From contig MU619268.1 in the NCBI GenBank assembly GCA_025201805.1, forward strand, positions 111,412 through 175,411: a DNA stretch of 64,000 nucleotides, in the 5' to 3' direction. Shown here piece after piece: positions 1 to 12,817 of the stretch (positions within the stretch are counted from its first letter, which is position 1; each line of letters begins with the position of its first letter). The notes below the pieces were generated by a model. That model made no database searches, was not told where the DNA came from, and worked only from the letters and a program-made list of their open reading frames with translations. The DNA comes from Parasitella parasitica NRRL 2501. Taxonomy: Eukaryota; Fungi; Mucoromycota. A program made the position numbers and the translations under genes.

Positions 1-2181
1 CGTATAGGATAATGATATTTGTTTTTGTAGAAAGGCATGAGATTAAATAATTATTACTAGATGGGTGATTCTTTGTATACAGTGCCAAGGGGTAGGCTAT
101 TGATGTGCACTAATGTTTAATTAACGTGTTATTACTTAGCATGTTCAATGTTTAACCATGATGGCAAGTGCATTTCCTTATCAATACAATCATTGGTTTT
201 TGTGTCTGATTTTACTCTTATAATTTATACACTTTTTTGAGCATATTATACTTCTGTATCCTCTTCGCATAATAAGCTTCATACGAGTTAGCTCAGATCC
301 TGTTGTATATCTAAAATTGAGTTATAAACAATCTGCAATAATATTATAATTGACGGTTCTACCCGTAACTTGATTACTCGATAATTACGATTCAGCACCG
401 TATACGAATGCGGTGCCTATCACGTTTAGTGTCATATAGATCAGCCGCATTTTTAGCAAGATTCAATCAATTTGGATGCGAAACCCGGTACGAGACTTGA
501 ATTGCTTATCCATGCTATTTAATTTTTGTGATTTGCTGAAATAACAAATTTTTTTTTAAACAGTGAAATTCGTTATACAGTAAATGATAATATGTCAGAC
601 TCTATTATAAAATATTTTATTTCCTCCCAAATTTAAAAGGTAAAATGAGTGAATGATACTAATAATTGAGTGAAAGATACTGAATATTTCCCGGCATTTG
701 AGACAAAATGAAGTCCTGACTTGCCACCAAATCTCGTTCATTGTTAGAGCCCTGAATTTAGAATTCATGTGTAAATCTTCACATTTTCAATTTATTCGGT
801 TAAAAAAATTCACATCAACCACTTTTTTCGCTAGTAATATATCATCTTTGTCATTCGCTTTTAATGGTTACAAAAGACACCGTATTGCTATTGATGATTG
901 AGAAGAAAAAATGTCAGATCAGTCAGTGTTGCGAAATAATCAGCACTTGAACAGCCAATTTACTTTCGTGATGCATGCAATCAACAGCAATTATAACAAA
1001 GAAGTTGGGTATAGCTCTTAACATAATTCCATGTTCAATGCAATATCCTTTCAGTTGCAACAGCAAAATGAACAACAAAGACAGTAAAAAAGACAGTACA
1101 AAACAGCAACAAGACATAATCCAAACATTGACAACAAGCCAGCAATCTATGAAATAGCAGCTACAGCTTGCTTTGGCAGGCTAAGGATGCGGTAGACTGA
1201 TAAATTGAGAATTTTGAACCAACACAGATAAAAACTGGTTCTAAACACCACATTCCATCCAAAACTAGCAAAGAAGACAAGATTTAAGTTTTCTTTTTTT
1301 AGCTTTATTGGATGCCTGCCAAACATGAAGTTCAAAAAAAGACAGTTAGAATGTTATGTTGCAGGCTCAACCATCATCAACCCTCCAAAGCCATTCAGTG
1401 GGCTTCGAAGCAAAGTCCAGACACCCAAAGAGAAAACGAATTACTGGAATGCCCTGCAATTACAATTTCGAATCTGTCTTCTACGCTAAATTGTACATTG
1501 CAGAAAGCGAAATGGAGAATATGATGAGCTGTACATCTCTTTATTGAAAAGCACTAGAATACCTAAAGGAGTAGTGCAAGAAGCAGAAGCAAAAAGCAAG
1601 AGTCCAGGGAAAATTACAATAATCTTAAACACCGTATATACATAGAATAAAAAGGCTGCAAGTCCAAAGAAGAATTATGAATACTGGACAGACTTTGTGG
1701 AAGCTGATGTTTTTGAACACTTGACTCTACCCCGCGCTCTCACTTTAGGCTCTAAGCAAATCAATCAAGATATCGGCTTGGCTACTTTAAAAGACGGGTA
1801 CAGAGTTTTAGAGATGGAAAAGAATCTAGGAAAAAAAAATAATGCTCAAGACAATGTGCCGCGACCAAGTCTCAGCACTTGCTGGTCTTGGTTGCCTTTT
1901 GTTTGGAATAACTTTCCCAAATCCCACCACTGCCAAGCGCACACAATTCAACAATTTAGCCCTATATTTTTTGGCTCGCCTTTCGATGGAGGCAATACTC
2001 TTTGAAGGTAAGTAAACAAATATAAAAAGTGGGGATAACTCAATATTAATCGAGCGCTGCATCTTTGACTTTGGGTAAGTGACATTACGATTTGTAAATT
2101 GTTTATAAAAAGTGACCAAACTCATCTGTTTCTTCTTTCGGAATTTAGCTTGCTATACCGTTACAGTATGATTTACTTGAG

Positions 2182-3255
2182 TTACAAAGAAAGCAGAGGT
2201 GATGATAGAGGTATAGATTTGAGAACCTGCTCGTAAACCAAAAAATTAAGTGAATGAATAGGAAACGCACGAAGTAATGTAACATTCAGTCCTCTATAAA
2301 GACCCTTGATCCCATTCTTCTTTGACAATGATATTGCACAATCCATGAATCCACTATATCTAGGTTTTGTCATCATAATATCCTTTTGTACGTTGGTCTT
2401 TACTGCATCCAAAGGAAAAACAATTAGCCAACTCATGATTCCGCAAAAACCACCCGACATGAAATGAGTCATTGGGCCAGCTGAAGATCCCTCTTTTGAT
2501 AATATTCGTTTCATTGATTCATATCCACCAAAGTATATGGCTGTACCCAACGCATCTCTAGCTATGTGCATAGTGCTGATGAGTGAAAATTCTGTAGCTG
2601 GTTATATTTTGAATAAATTACCCGAATGGCAGGTTACCCCACTCCATAACCCTAATACACCTTTCCGTTGTACAATTTGTTCAACAGCTCTCCAGGAAGA
2701 CGCTTGAACTACTTTATTTGCTGACACTTGACCAGCTTCTATTTGATTTTTCAACATGACTTGCTCCAATTGTCTTTGAATTTTGACCAACTCTAACGGG
2801 CAACTCAATAGTGCTATGAATGCACCACTTGCACCACCACTAAGCGATGATACCTTGAATACGTTCGGAAGGGTGTCGTACTTGTATCCTCCATCTTGTA
2901 ATAATGATCTTTTGGTGCCTTCATAGATTGAAAAGGATACCGATTTAATGATACTAACGGTGACCAAAGGAGGAATCATTCCTCTAAAGAAGCCTCTGGC
3001 ACCCTCTTCGGCGTAGGTCACTTTGACACATGATAGAATAGATGGGTAGTGATGTGTTTGCATTCGAGTTTTTACAGAGTCAAACTAAGCGATTGTCATA
3101 AAAATCGATACAACTTTTAACATTGTGAAACTTACTGGAAAACCTGCTAACACAGAGATCCAAGCAGCACAAGAAGCTGCAATGATAGTTCTATTTGCTA
3201 TTAATTTTTTTTTTTTTAAAAAAAAAAAAAACGGTTAATAGAGTACATAACAACT

Positions 3256-3341
<86 letters not shown>

Positions 3342-3487
3342 TACATTGTAGAACTTTCTCTCTCGTTGTTAGAGCGTTGGTATTGAGTCCATTTACCTCG
3401 ACTTTTTCATCTCTATTTTTGATTATCAGCTAAAATCAGTCCTCAACAAAGCATAAACAGATCGAACCTAAAGTCTTTGACAGACAT
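2182..3487 (-). CDS. Mitochondrial carrier (SLC25) family protein, 5 exons
   Basis: The spliced reading MSVKDFRDEK...AGFPFDSVKTRMQ...CPLELVKIQRQ...FPLDAVKTNVQ gives three Px[DE]xx[KR] carrier signatures. GARGFFRG, GIKGLYRG and LLRAFP motifs are also present. GT-AG introns join ORFs 2182-2571 and 2602-3063 to three upstream exons. Confidence 0.92.
3259..3335. repeat. 77-nt poly(A) tract within a carrier-gene intron
   Basis: Directly visible; the length may be affected by assembly. Confidence 0.9.
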
Positions 3488-3689
3488 TCTAAAATATGTG
3501 AGCGTATAATTATTTGAAACCTATTTTCTCAGTTGAAAAAGATCAAATTAGGGAAAGAAAAAAAGATACCAAAAAGGATACAGGACTAATAAAAAAAAAA
3601 GCTTGTTTTGTCCGGCCTCAGTGCAGGGATTGTCTTGACGAGTTATTGCTATTGAGATTGTGACCCAGCATTTCTTTCGCAGTTTTCTT

Positions 3690-4926
3690 ATGGCATCTGC
3701 GCATTTACGACAAGAAGTCTTGGATAAATTATATAAAATTCTTAAAGATCCATTAACTTATGGAGATAGGAACCTGCTGCATCTTGTAAACGAACCTAAA
3801 GATGGGCTTGTATCTGTCAGATTAGTTCATAGTATGACCCACTTACTCGACCCTTATCCAGTAAAATATGTTGAGCATTGCTTACAGCACGATTCTGAGC
3901 AACGTTTTAGACTGAGCATTGATTTTACTAGAGTGGGACTCAAGGACAACGCACAGTATTATGAAACAAATGCACTAGGGTTTATAGAAGAGGACCTGGA
4001 GGATGTAGATACAACTATACCCCAAGAAGTTCGACCTGTTATTTACGACAATGGTAGATTCTACATTGACGAGGAACACACTCGACTACATAGGGCTTCA
4101 AACAAGCAATTTTTCGAATATGATAGAGTTGATGTAACGCCAATTGGTAAGTTACGTTCTGTAAACATGTATGAGTAAGTCTCTTTCATTATATAATTGA
4201 ATTCGAGCATTTGCCTAAGCGTCTGCATCCTGTAGGAGACTATCATGTTATAACTGTGGTAGAAGCGGACACCATGTTCGAGATTGTATTCAGCCGATAG
4301 ACTACAATCGGATCAAAAGACAAACGGACAGATTATTTAAAAGTGTGGAAAGGGACTCCATGCAACCTGGTTTACTATCGCAACGTGTGAAGGAAGCTCT
4401 AGACATGTCAGAAGGAGACGAGCCTCCGTACTATAGTAAAATGAGGCGTTACGGATACCCGCCAGGTTATTTAACACATTCTAGTAAAACAAATGACACT
4501 GAGATGCCTTTGTTGAAGGTGTACGATGGCCAATATGTGATACATACAAAAGATCAAGGAAAAAATGAGCAAACCCACTCTATTCGTTCCGTTGAGTATC
4601 CTGGACTGTATACCCACATTATACCAGAGCAGTCCGAGAGAGAGCGCAATCCTGATCCACCCACTGATGAGCAGATGCACACTATCCAACAGCAATGGAA
4701 TGAATATTATCACTACTATTATTTACAAAATTACCAGCATACTTATTACGCCTCAGAACCGTTGCCCCCAGGAGTCGAACACGAGGCAAATACCACAAAT
4801 ACGCAAGCTTTTTTAATAGAAAACTCGATAAACCCCATTGATCTCACCGTACTAGGCAATGATAATGATAATGGTAATGATGATCAAAGTGTTGATATGG
4901 ATATATCCTCCGGGGACGAAGGCTAA
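3690..4926 (+). CDS. ZCCHC8-like zinc-knuckle + PSP domain protein (2 exons, intron 4175-4235)
   Basis: After splicing, the CCHC knuckle CYNCGRSGHHVRDC is followed by the PSP-like segment PGLLSQRVKEALDMSEGDEPPYYSKMRRYGYPPGYL. This domain order is characteristic of ZCCHC8. Confidence 0.8.
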
Positions 4927-5249
4927 AAAGTAACTTTCACGTCTTTGTGAATATACCAAGTAAATACAATAAAGCCTAATTCATGTTTCAATCTTTCATT
5001 TGTTTTGCCCATTTTCTTCTGGTTTCGAGAGGTTGCAAAATAGGCTCCTTCCATTTGGTGATCCCATTACTGTTCCCCCATGTTCAAGTAGCTAATGAAG
5101 TTTGGAAGCGTGCTACTGAAACATCAAACCAGGCGAAAGCTACAAGTCACTGTATCCTGGTATGTTCCACTGGAATTGTATCTTGGATTATTTTCCGTTT
5201 TCTTTCGTTCCCCCCCCCCCTACACCATCATTAAACGATTTGTAATTCA

Positions 5250-5621
5250 ATGGTATCTACTGACAGATATTCTGCCATTCCCCGGGAAGAGCCTGATCAG
5301 GATTCAGAAACTGGATCAACGGCTCATCGGCTTACTTCAGAACAAGCTTCAACCTCACAAAATACGAGTTGGCATGCAAAATTAAAGAAATGGTGGACGC
5401 AGCATTGTGGAAGTACCAATTCAGAAACTGCACCATTTATCAACAAAAATCGCATGACTTTGGAAGCTCCCAGAAAAAGTGTATTACGAATTGGTATTGA
5501 AATCATTGTTATCGTAGGTATATTTGCATTGGTTGCCATGGTTATTTTGTTGTCAATGGGTACTTTGGACAATCCCTCAGGTTGGTTGCGTCTTGGCTCT
5601 GCATTAACATAGCATGAATTG

Positions 5622-5678
<57 letters not shown>

Positions 5679-7850
5679 GGTTTCCCCACTAGAAAACTAT
5701 CTGAAGCCGAGCAAATGATGATTGATCTTCCATCTGCCAAGAGACTAAAAAGCTACCTGAGAAATTATACATCTGAACCTCATTTAGCGGGGACAAAATC
5801 AGACAAAAGACAAGCAGAATGGACGCGTGAAAAGTTCAATGAGTTTGGCATCCCCAATGCAAAGATTGAGACATACTGGCCTTTATTGAATTATCCTATT
5901 TCACACCGCTTGGCAATTGTATCTGGGCCTGAGTATCTCCGCTACAATGCTTCATTGAAAGAGGATTCTGTTGAAGAGGATAAATCAACCGAGAATCCAG
6001 ACATTGTCCCTTCATTTCATGGTAAGTGCAGGATTTGCATCATGCGGACATAATTTGAGTTGTTTTTATAGGTTTCTCAAAGAATGGCACTGCAAAAGGG
6101 CCTGTGATTTACGCAAATTATGGCCGTTTGGAGGATTTCCAGTTCCTAGTGGATCAAGGCGTTCAGGTAAACGGAACAATTGCCCTGGTGAGATACGGCG
6201 CCACTATGCGTGGCCTCAAGATACGAGCAGCAGAGCAATACGGATGCGTAGGCGTTTTGATTTACTCCGACCCCATTGATGACGGACCTATTGACAAAGA
6301 TTCGACATTGAATCCACCAGAATCGTATCCAGATGGTCCATGGAGATCTGCTTCGTCTGTGCAACGTGGGTCAGTCCAATACTTGCCTTTCTACCCTGGT
6401 GATCCACTTACACCAGGCTATGCCGCAACTGAAAACGCTACTCGAATTAGCATGAAAGACTCTGTTGTCATGCCAAAGATCCCTTCTTTGCCATTATCTT
6501 GGAAAGACGCTCTGCCTCTATTGAAAGCGACAGAAGGTCGAGGTGTGTTTGGTGAATTCGATTGGGCTGGTGGGTTGGAACAAGTTGATTACTTTAGTGG
6601 ACCTAGTGAAGGCATGGTTGAACTGGAAAACATTGTGGATTACAAGGTTACGCCTGTTTGGAATGTTATTGGCCGTATTGAGGGTTCTGTTGAGCCTCAC
6701 AGATCCATCATCTTGGGCAATCATCGAGATGCTTGGGTTTTTGGTGCTGTGGATCCGTCGTCTGGATCTGCTGCTCTTGTAAGTTGAATTGCGGGGAAGC
6801 ATTAGTTATTAATACTAAGTACAATTGCAGTTGGAAATCGCCCGTGTACTTGGCCAAATGTTGCAAACAGGCTGGAGGCCAAAACGAACAATTATTCTTG
6901 CTTCCTGGGACGCTGAAGAATATGGCTTAATTGGCTCAACAGAATGGGTAGAAGATCATAAAGAATGGCTAGCAAAGGAAGCAGCTGTGTATATCAACTG
7001 TGATGTTGCTGTAGCTGGACCCAATTTCGAGCCAGGCGCTTCTCCATCTCTGAATCAAATTTTGTATGAAGTGACAAGTATGGTAAAAGACCCTCTAACT
7101 GGAAAATCTGTTTATGAAGCATGGGGAGAAAGGAACAATGCGACTGGTATACCCTCAGTCAAACCACCGGTAGGTGTTCTTGGCTCCGGCTCCGACTTTA
7201 CTGCGTTTTTGGACCATTTAGGTGTAGCTAGCATTGACATGACCTTTAATGGTGATTATGGAGTGTATCATAGTGTCTATGACACATTCCACTGGATGGA
7301 AAAGTATGGCGACCCAGACTTCCTTTACCACCAAACGATTGTCAAGATATGGGGTCTACTAGCTCTTCGTTTAGCCGATGATCTTATCCTCCCTATTCAT
7401 CCTTTTGAATATGCCAATGAGCTACAAAAATATGTCCATCAACTACACATTCATTCGTCACCGCATACTTTCCCTGCGCTCAAAAAATCAGTGAATGCTT
7501 TGATCAAGGTTGCTAATACATTCGAAACCAATCTTGTACAGATTCAAAAGAAGCTTAGAAAGTTTGGCGGTGATGAGAGCCAGAAAATGTCTGCCAAATG
7601 GGCCAAGAGAGTAGAGAAAATGAACGAGAGGCTGACTGCATTCGAACGAGGGTTTATAGACCCTGAGGGCATGAAAGACAGAGAATGGTACAAACACACT
7701 GTGTATGCCCCTGGACTTTGGACTGGCTACGCGGGCCAGGTTTTCCCTGCCATTTCGGAAGCCTTTGACTCAAAAAATATGCATTTAGCCCGCCATGCTG
7801 AGGGCAGAGCCGTCAAATCCATGCAAAGAGCGCAAGAAGCCCTGCTTTAA
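5250..7850 (+). CDS. Glutamate carboxypeptidase II-like M28B peptidase (Vps70/Tre-like), type II membrane protein, 4 exons
   Basis: N-terminal TM helix; PHLAGT; PA domain (YANYG, RGLKIRAAE, VQRGSV); zinc/catalytic motifs GNHRDAWVFGAVDPSSG, SWDAEEYGLIGSTEW, GSGSDF, YHSVYDTF; C-terminal TfR-dimerisation segment (ERGFIDPEG, WYKHTVYAPG). Confidence 0.95.
5622..5676. repeat. 55-nt poly(A) tract abutting a 3' splice site
   Basis: Directly visible in intron 5581-5679. Confidence 0.9.
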
Positions 7851-7906
7851 CATTGGGGTTTTATTATTATTGTATCTAAATTGTACCAACAAGACCTATT
7901 TTTATC

Positions 7907-10900
7907 TCACATGTGTGCAATTTCGTTTGCAAACTCGATCTGCTGTTTCAGCTGTTCCCGTAAATCCCACGATTCTGAAATGACGGTGAATCGAGTCAAG
8001 TCGTCATCTGTATTGCCATCTTGCCAATTTGATATAATGTCGATTGTCGTATAACAATAAAAGAATCCCTCTTGCTGATCCAATGACAAATCAGAATTTT
8101 GCCTCATATCTGGGGATCTCTTGTCTGATTCGAATTGAGACAGTTGCGATTGCATGGAATCGTGCTTATTAAAATCGTCTAGATCGACAATGTTTTGATT
8201 TGAAGACGTCAACCCATAAAACAGCTCATTCAGATACATCGGTTGGTCGCCTTGCGAATCAAGAGACTTGCTATGCTGCTTCTGTTTTTTCTTGCTCAAT
8301 CTGTCTGCTGCTTTAGACATGACAGGATTATCTGTGATAGATGCGGGCATTTCTGGCTTTTCTCGTAACGTGCTACTGGATAACATAGCTGGTTTCTTAT
8401 ATTGGTTGCGTGGCCTAGGCGACAGCTCTTGTGGATACAAAGACAATGCAGGCTTAGGCTTGGCAGTCTCCATGTTCATCATGGAGATTTGCTCATTTTG
8501 ATATGAATCGCCCGTTAGCTTTTGCCCTGCGTGGCCAAGTGAATCGAATTTAGAGACAGCAGCGATATGGTTACTGGTCTCTGCGCCGCTCCCACTATCT
8601 GCATCCTGGGCTGTCGATTCTAAATTGAGTGGTGATACAGGCCTATTGTATTTTCCTTTTGAATTTGTCAATCTAGACCAGCTAAATGACATGGATCTTC
8701 CTCGGTTCAGCATTTTGCTCAATCCTATGCTTGATGTTAATTTATGGGAAAAAGCAGCTCGTCCAGACTCTATATCAAGTTCGGACGAAGCTGTGCTGCT
8801 TGAAGCTTTCGGTTTTGTATGTAAACGGCTTCTTTGTAAAGTTGCAATGTTGATAGATGATGCTTTTCGTACCGGGATGTTTGGTGTTATTCGCTCCTCG
8901 ACGCTTTTGGCATAGCGAAAACTACTTTTTCTACGAAAATACATACGTTGTTTTCTTGCCGCAGAAGACCCCTCTTGTTGGGATCTGTCTATATCCACAG
9001 AGTGCGTTGAACTAGTCCCAGGCTGTGCATATTGGGAGGATATTTTGGATAACGGTGGGACACTTTGCAAATCGACATCTGGATGAAAGCTGATCGAGTC
9101 ATTTCTACCAGGAAATTTTGGCAAATCCGCATCTGAGCCGTCTGTGAAATCTCGGAACATGCGGCTGGGACCATCTTGTCTAGCACCACTTTCTTCTAAT
9201 AAACCGTTGTCGCTGTATTCGTCATCAGAATCTTTATGAATTTCGACCTTTTTCACTCTGAATATGTTGACGAGCATCCAATGTATCATTTTTGCAGCTC
9301 TAGGATTCCTGTAAGGCACAAGAGTTTCAACTAGCTCTGTGTGCTTCAAGTATCTGTGCTGGTGATTGTACGAATTCTTTTTGTCCATCGTCACATCCAA
9401 GTCAGCTGCATTGTCGGCACGATGCATAGGAATCGTTTTTGATTTCTTGCTTCTGCCGTATCTAAAGCGATGATTTGTAGCAATAAGATTTTCTGCATTT
9501 TCCTCATTTGGTATATAGGTATTCCCATTGACTGATGTAGCATTCAAGACGCTATAACACTTTTCAGCCCGAGACGAGTCGTATTCTGATTTAGAATGCA
9601 CCGTTTCGATTGTAATTGTAGGCAGTTCAGGCTTGTATAAAAGAAACTTTGATTGGAATTGCGTGGGGTCAATAGTATTATGCTCAAGCGGGTCTAGCAA
9701 TGATCGCTCAATAACCTTTGTGCTGTTTTCCTCTCTTACTTCAAAGTCATGGCTGAAATATCTGTTTCTTACGTCTTGAACGTACTCCGGGGTTCGATCT
9801 ATAACATCAGATACAGGGACAATTTTGAGTCTTTTAGGGTATAGAGATTCAGTTTGCACATCCGGATCGATTCCAGGCTTGAAGTTTATACTGTAATAAT
9901 CATGTACGTATCTCTGTTTGATTTTATCCATCAATTCTTTAACTACTGCCCTAATTGCAGGATCAGTAAAGTAGATGCAACTTATCATAAAACCTGAATT
10001 CGAGCTTGTTTAGATATGTAAACTCCCCCGCCCTCCCCTCCCCTCCCCCCCATTTATAAAGTTACATTTGATATTTACCTAATAAGCAGGAAAAAGCACG
10101 ATCAAGCGCATAAACTATAAACGGAACTTGAGCTGATTGAGTTGCTGCTATCTCAATTCCAATTCCCCAAGACTTGGATATCAGTGGAACTAGTTCATTG
10201 CAAAGAGAAAGGAAAAAAAAAATGATCATAAAATTAGAGAAATCTACGCTTTACTATATATGTCTACTCTATAGATTGTACAATACCCAAGGGATAACAG
10301 AGGCATCTTCGAGCAATTTTCTGAAAAACATCCGTGTTGTTGACTGAATATTTTCTTATGATTGCCATTGTATGTAAATCCTTCTGATTTCTCCTAGTAA
10401 ACATATCTAGTGCTCCATTAAAGTTCTCTTGCTTTTTCACAACGAATCTAATCGAAATTGCAGCACACAGAGCCGCAAACACCGATGAGAACATGAGCCA
10501 AGAATAATACCACATCTAAGCTCACAGAATTAGAACATGGATATAACATAAAATTACGTATAGTACCCAATTAAATATATTGTTGATTCTACCGCTGAAA
10601 TAATAATGATACCTGTCAATATAGAGTTGAGAATCCGAGAGAAATAACAGCATATATACGAATTTTTACCAGCATGAAGCTACTTCTCGTTTGTTCTTCG
10701 GCCCTTTTGGGGTGCCAACATACGATGGAATAACAGCTACCAAAATACCAGACAATACAACAACCAAATAGTATAACAGTTCAATTTTGATAGATCTCGA
10801 TACTTTGAGAACAAATATCATGACTAGGTTCAACCCAACCATAGCCAAGCACATACAAGTCATTGTATCTGTGCATATTAGTAAATACGCGATTACTCGA

Positions 10901-11172
10901 CACGAAAACGATTGACTTGAAATATCATCCGTCACCAGTTGGCAAGCACAATATATCATATTGAAGATTACAGCAATCGCGATCATACGTAAAGACAACC
11001 GATTGACCACGATAGGACGATACCAAGTCATAAATGTATGTAGTATCAGCACACAGCTATTCGAAATGAATGAAATGGCTGCCGATACTTCTCCAGCTAC
11101 TATTAATCCAAGCCATTGAGAGGCGCTAAAATTCCATTGATTTTCTGCCATTGACCCAATAGTGAAAGACAT
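7907..11172 (-). CDS. Seven-transmembrane GPCR-like protein (cAMP-receptor-like) with ~680-aa cytoplasmic tail, 5 exons
   Basis: Splicing ORFs 10666-11172 and 10264-10515, two small exons and ORF 7907-9988 gives 7 hydrophobic segments. There is a Cys at the TM3 start (SCRV), a CW in loop 2, RRCLCYPLVP at TM6 and GFMISCIYFTDPAI at TM7. Confidence 0.75.
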
Positions 11173-11519
11173 TTTTTTTTTTTTTTTTTGTCCCGGAATA
11201 ATAAGTAAAATTTGACGCTTTATTGTAATAATGGCTGATCTGGCATGTCATTGTATGTTGTCCGAGTATAGAAATGAATGCGTCAAAATTAGCTAGCATC
11301 ATAACTCAGAATTGCGACAATTATTGTTGGCTTAGTTCAAACCAAGGGTTTATCAGCCTATTACCGCTTACACCTCTTTTTAAACAACCACTTTTTTTAA
11401 ACTCTCTGTTATCATCATTATACATACATATCAATTAGAAGGTGCAGTGCTTCCAACAAGCAATGTCGTACGAGGTCAGAAATGATGTTACGGGATATTC
11501 AATTCTTTACATTTTTACT

Positions 11520-11975
11520 GCGAGTGCCATATTTTTATTTGAAGATGGGCATGGAAATGTCGTTGATGAGAATAGTGGTTCTAAGCCTATGCAATATATT
11601 GGTGATCAGGATGGATTTGTTGTCGAGGCGAGTGCGACTCGTAGTGAATACTTGAGAAATGCAGCCTCCAATGAGTCTTCCTCTGATGTCCCAATATCGC
11701 AATATTGCCCAGGATAAGCTTCGATTTTTTTGATTCAAAGATGGAAAAGTGTATGAGCGCTTCAGCTGCTCTACTGAGATGGGTTGAGCAATGTAATTTG
11801 CATCCTGATATTATTTTTGAGACTTATAAACAAGTTGGTCGTAAATGTATCTAGAGCAAAGAACATTAAATGGCTGTTGTCAACTTTATTGATGCTAATC
11901 CCTCTGCTGCTGCTGCTGTTGAATTGACCAAGCATTTGGTGAAGCGATTCCAAGATCTCACAGTTTCACGTAGCA
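11520..11975 (+). mobile_element. Decayed Tc1/IS630-like transposase 5' remnant (Mucorales type)
   Basis: Fragments FLFEDGHGNVVDEN...PMQY, LRFFDSKMEKCMSASAA and VVNFIDANPSA...LTKHLVKRFQDLTVSRS resemble the N-terminal/HTH region of Mucorales Tc1-like transposases. They are interrupted by stops and frameshifts, and no DDE domain is seen. Confidence 0.65.
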
Positions 11976-12817
11976 TTGAAAAAGTTGGAATGGTAGAAAT
12001 CACAATAATTAATCCTGGGGTGATGCATTTTTTGAATTATTCTTGGTTAATCTTGATCTTATAATTGTTAATAGCTATCATATAGCATAAGTCGACCATC
12101 AACAAACATATCAAAGAAAATTTAAATGGTCGTTGTCCTGCTCGGTAAGTACGAACACCTCTCCTTTGCTGGTAGGCAAATGATTCTCCATGTCTTGAAC
12201 GGAATCAGCTTGTACAACACCCCGCCCCCCCCCCAAGAGGTCTTTGGTTCCTTCTTTTACAGAAACTTCTTCAGTGGACTATGTATTTTCTGAAGTTAAA
12301 TGTTTCTACAGAACCAACATAATTCAAGCAATCAGTTTTATATGATGGTACCGTAAAATAACAGGTGCCCCATCCAAGATAACGCCATGCATCATGAAGT
12401 TAGCGACTGTTGAGAGAGTAACAGATCTATCCCTGAAGCAAAAGCCGGGAGTATTCCAATTGTATTTATTGCGATAAAAAAAGTTTTTGTACGTATATCC
12501 TTTGTACAACGCTCATTGATAGCTACAACTACGTTTGTACCTACACAGGTACTTGCGGGAGGTATGATTTGCAGTTATTTTTTTTTTTTAGTAAATCCAA
12601 AAAGAAAATCAGCAACAAACACTCATCCTTTATAGAACCTCCACTTGCTAACTATTAGGAATAATAATGTCCCCGGATACGATGTTTATTGCTGTACAGA
12701 TGAAGAATAATAAAATATAATATGTAAAACCACGTATTTTGTTAAAAGAAAGAAATACAAACGTTATAAGATCAAACTTTGGGGTCCTTTTTTAATAAAC
12801 AAAATCATCTAGTTATA

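Noticed and set aside
900-2100. Patchy short ORFs that look like decayed coding sequence
   Set aside because: No recognisable motif; cannot be assigned without a search.
5619-5679. Poly-Lys and poly-Phe ORF segments (also 49641-49850, 20221-20430)
   Set aside because: They are translations of intronic or intergenic homopolymer tracts, not protein.
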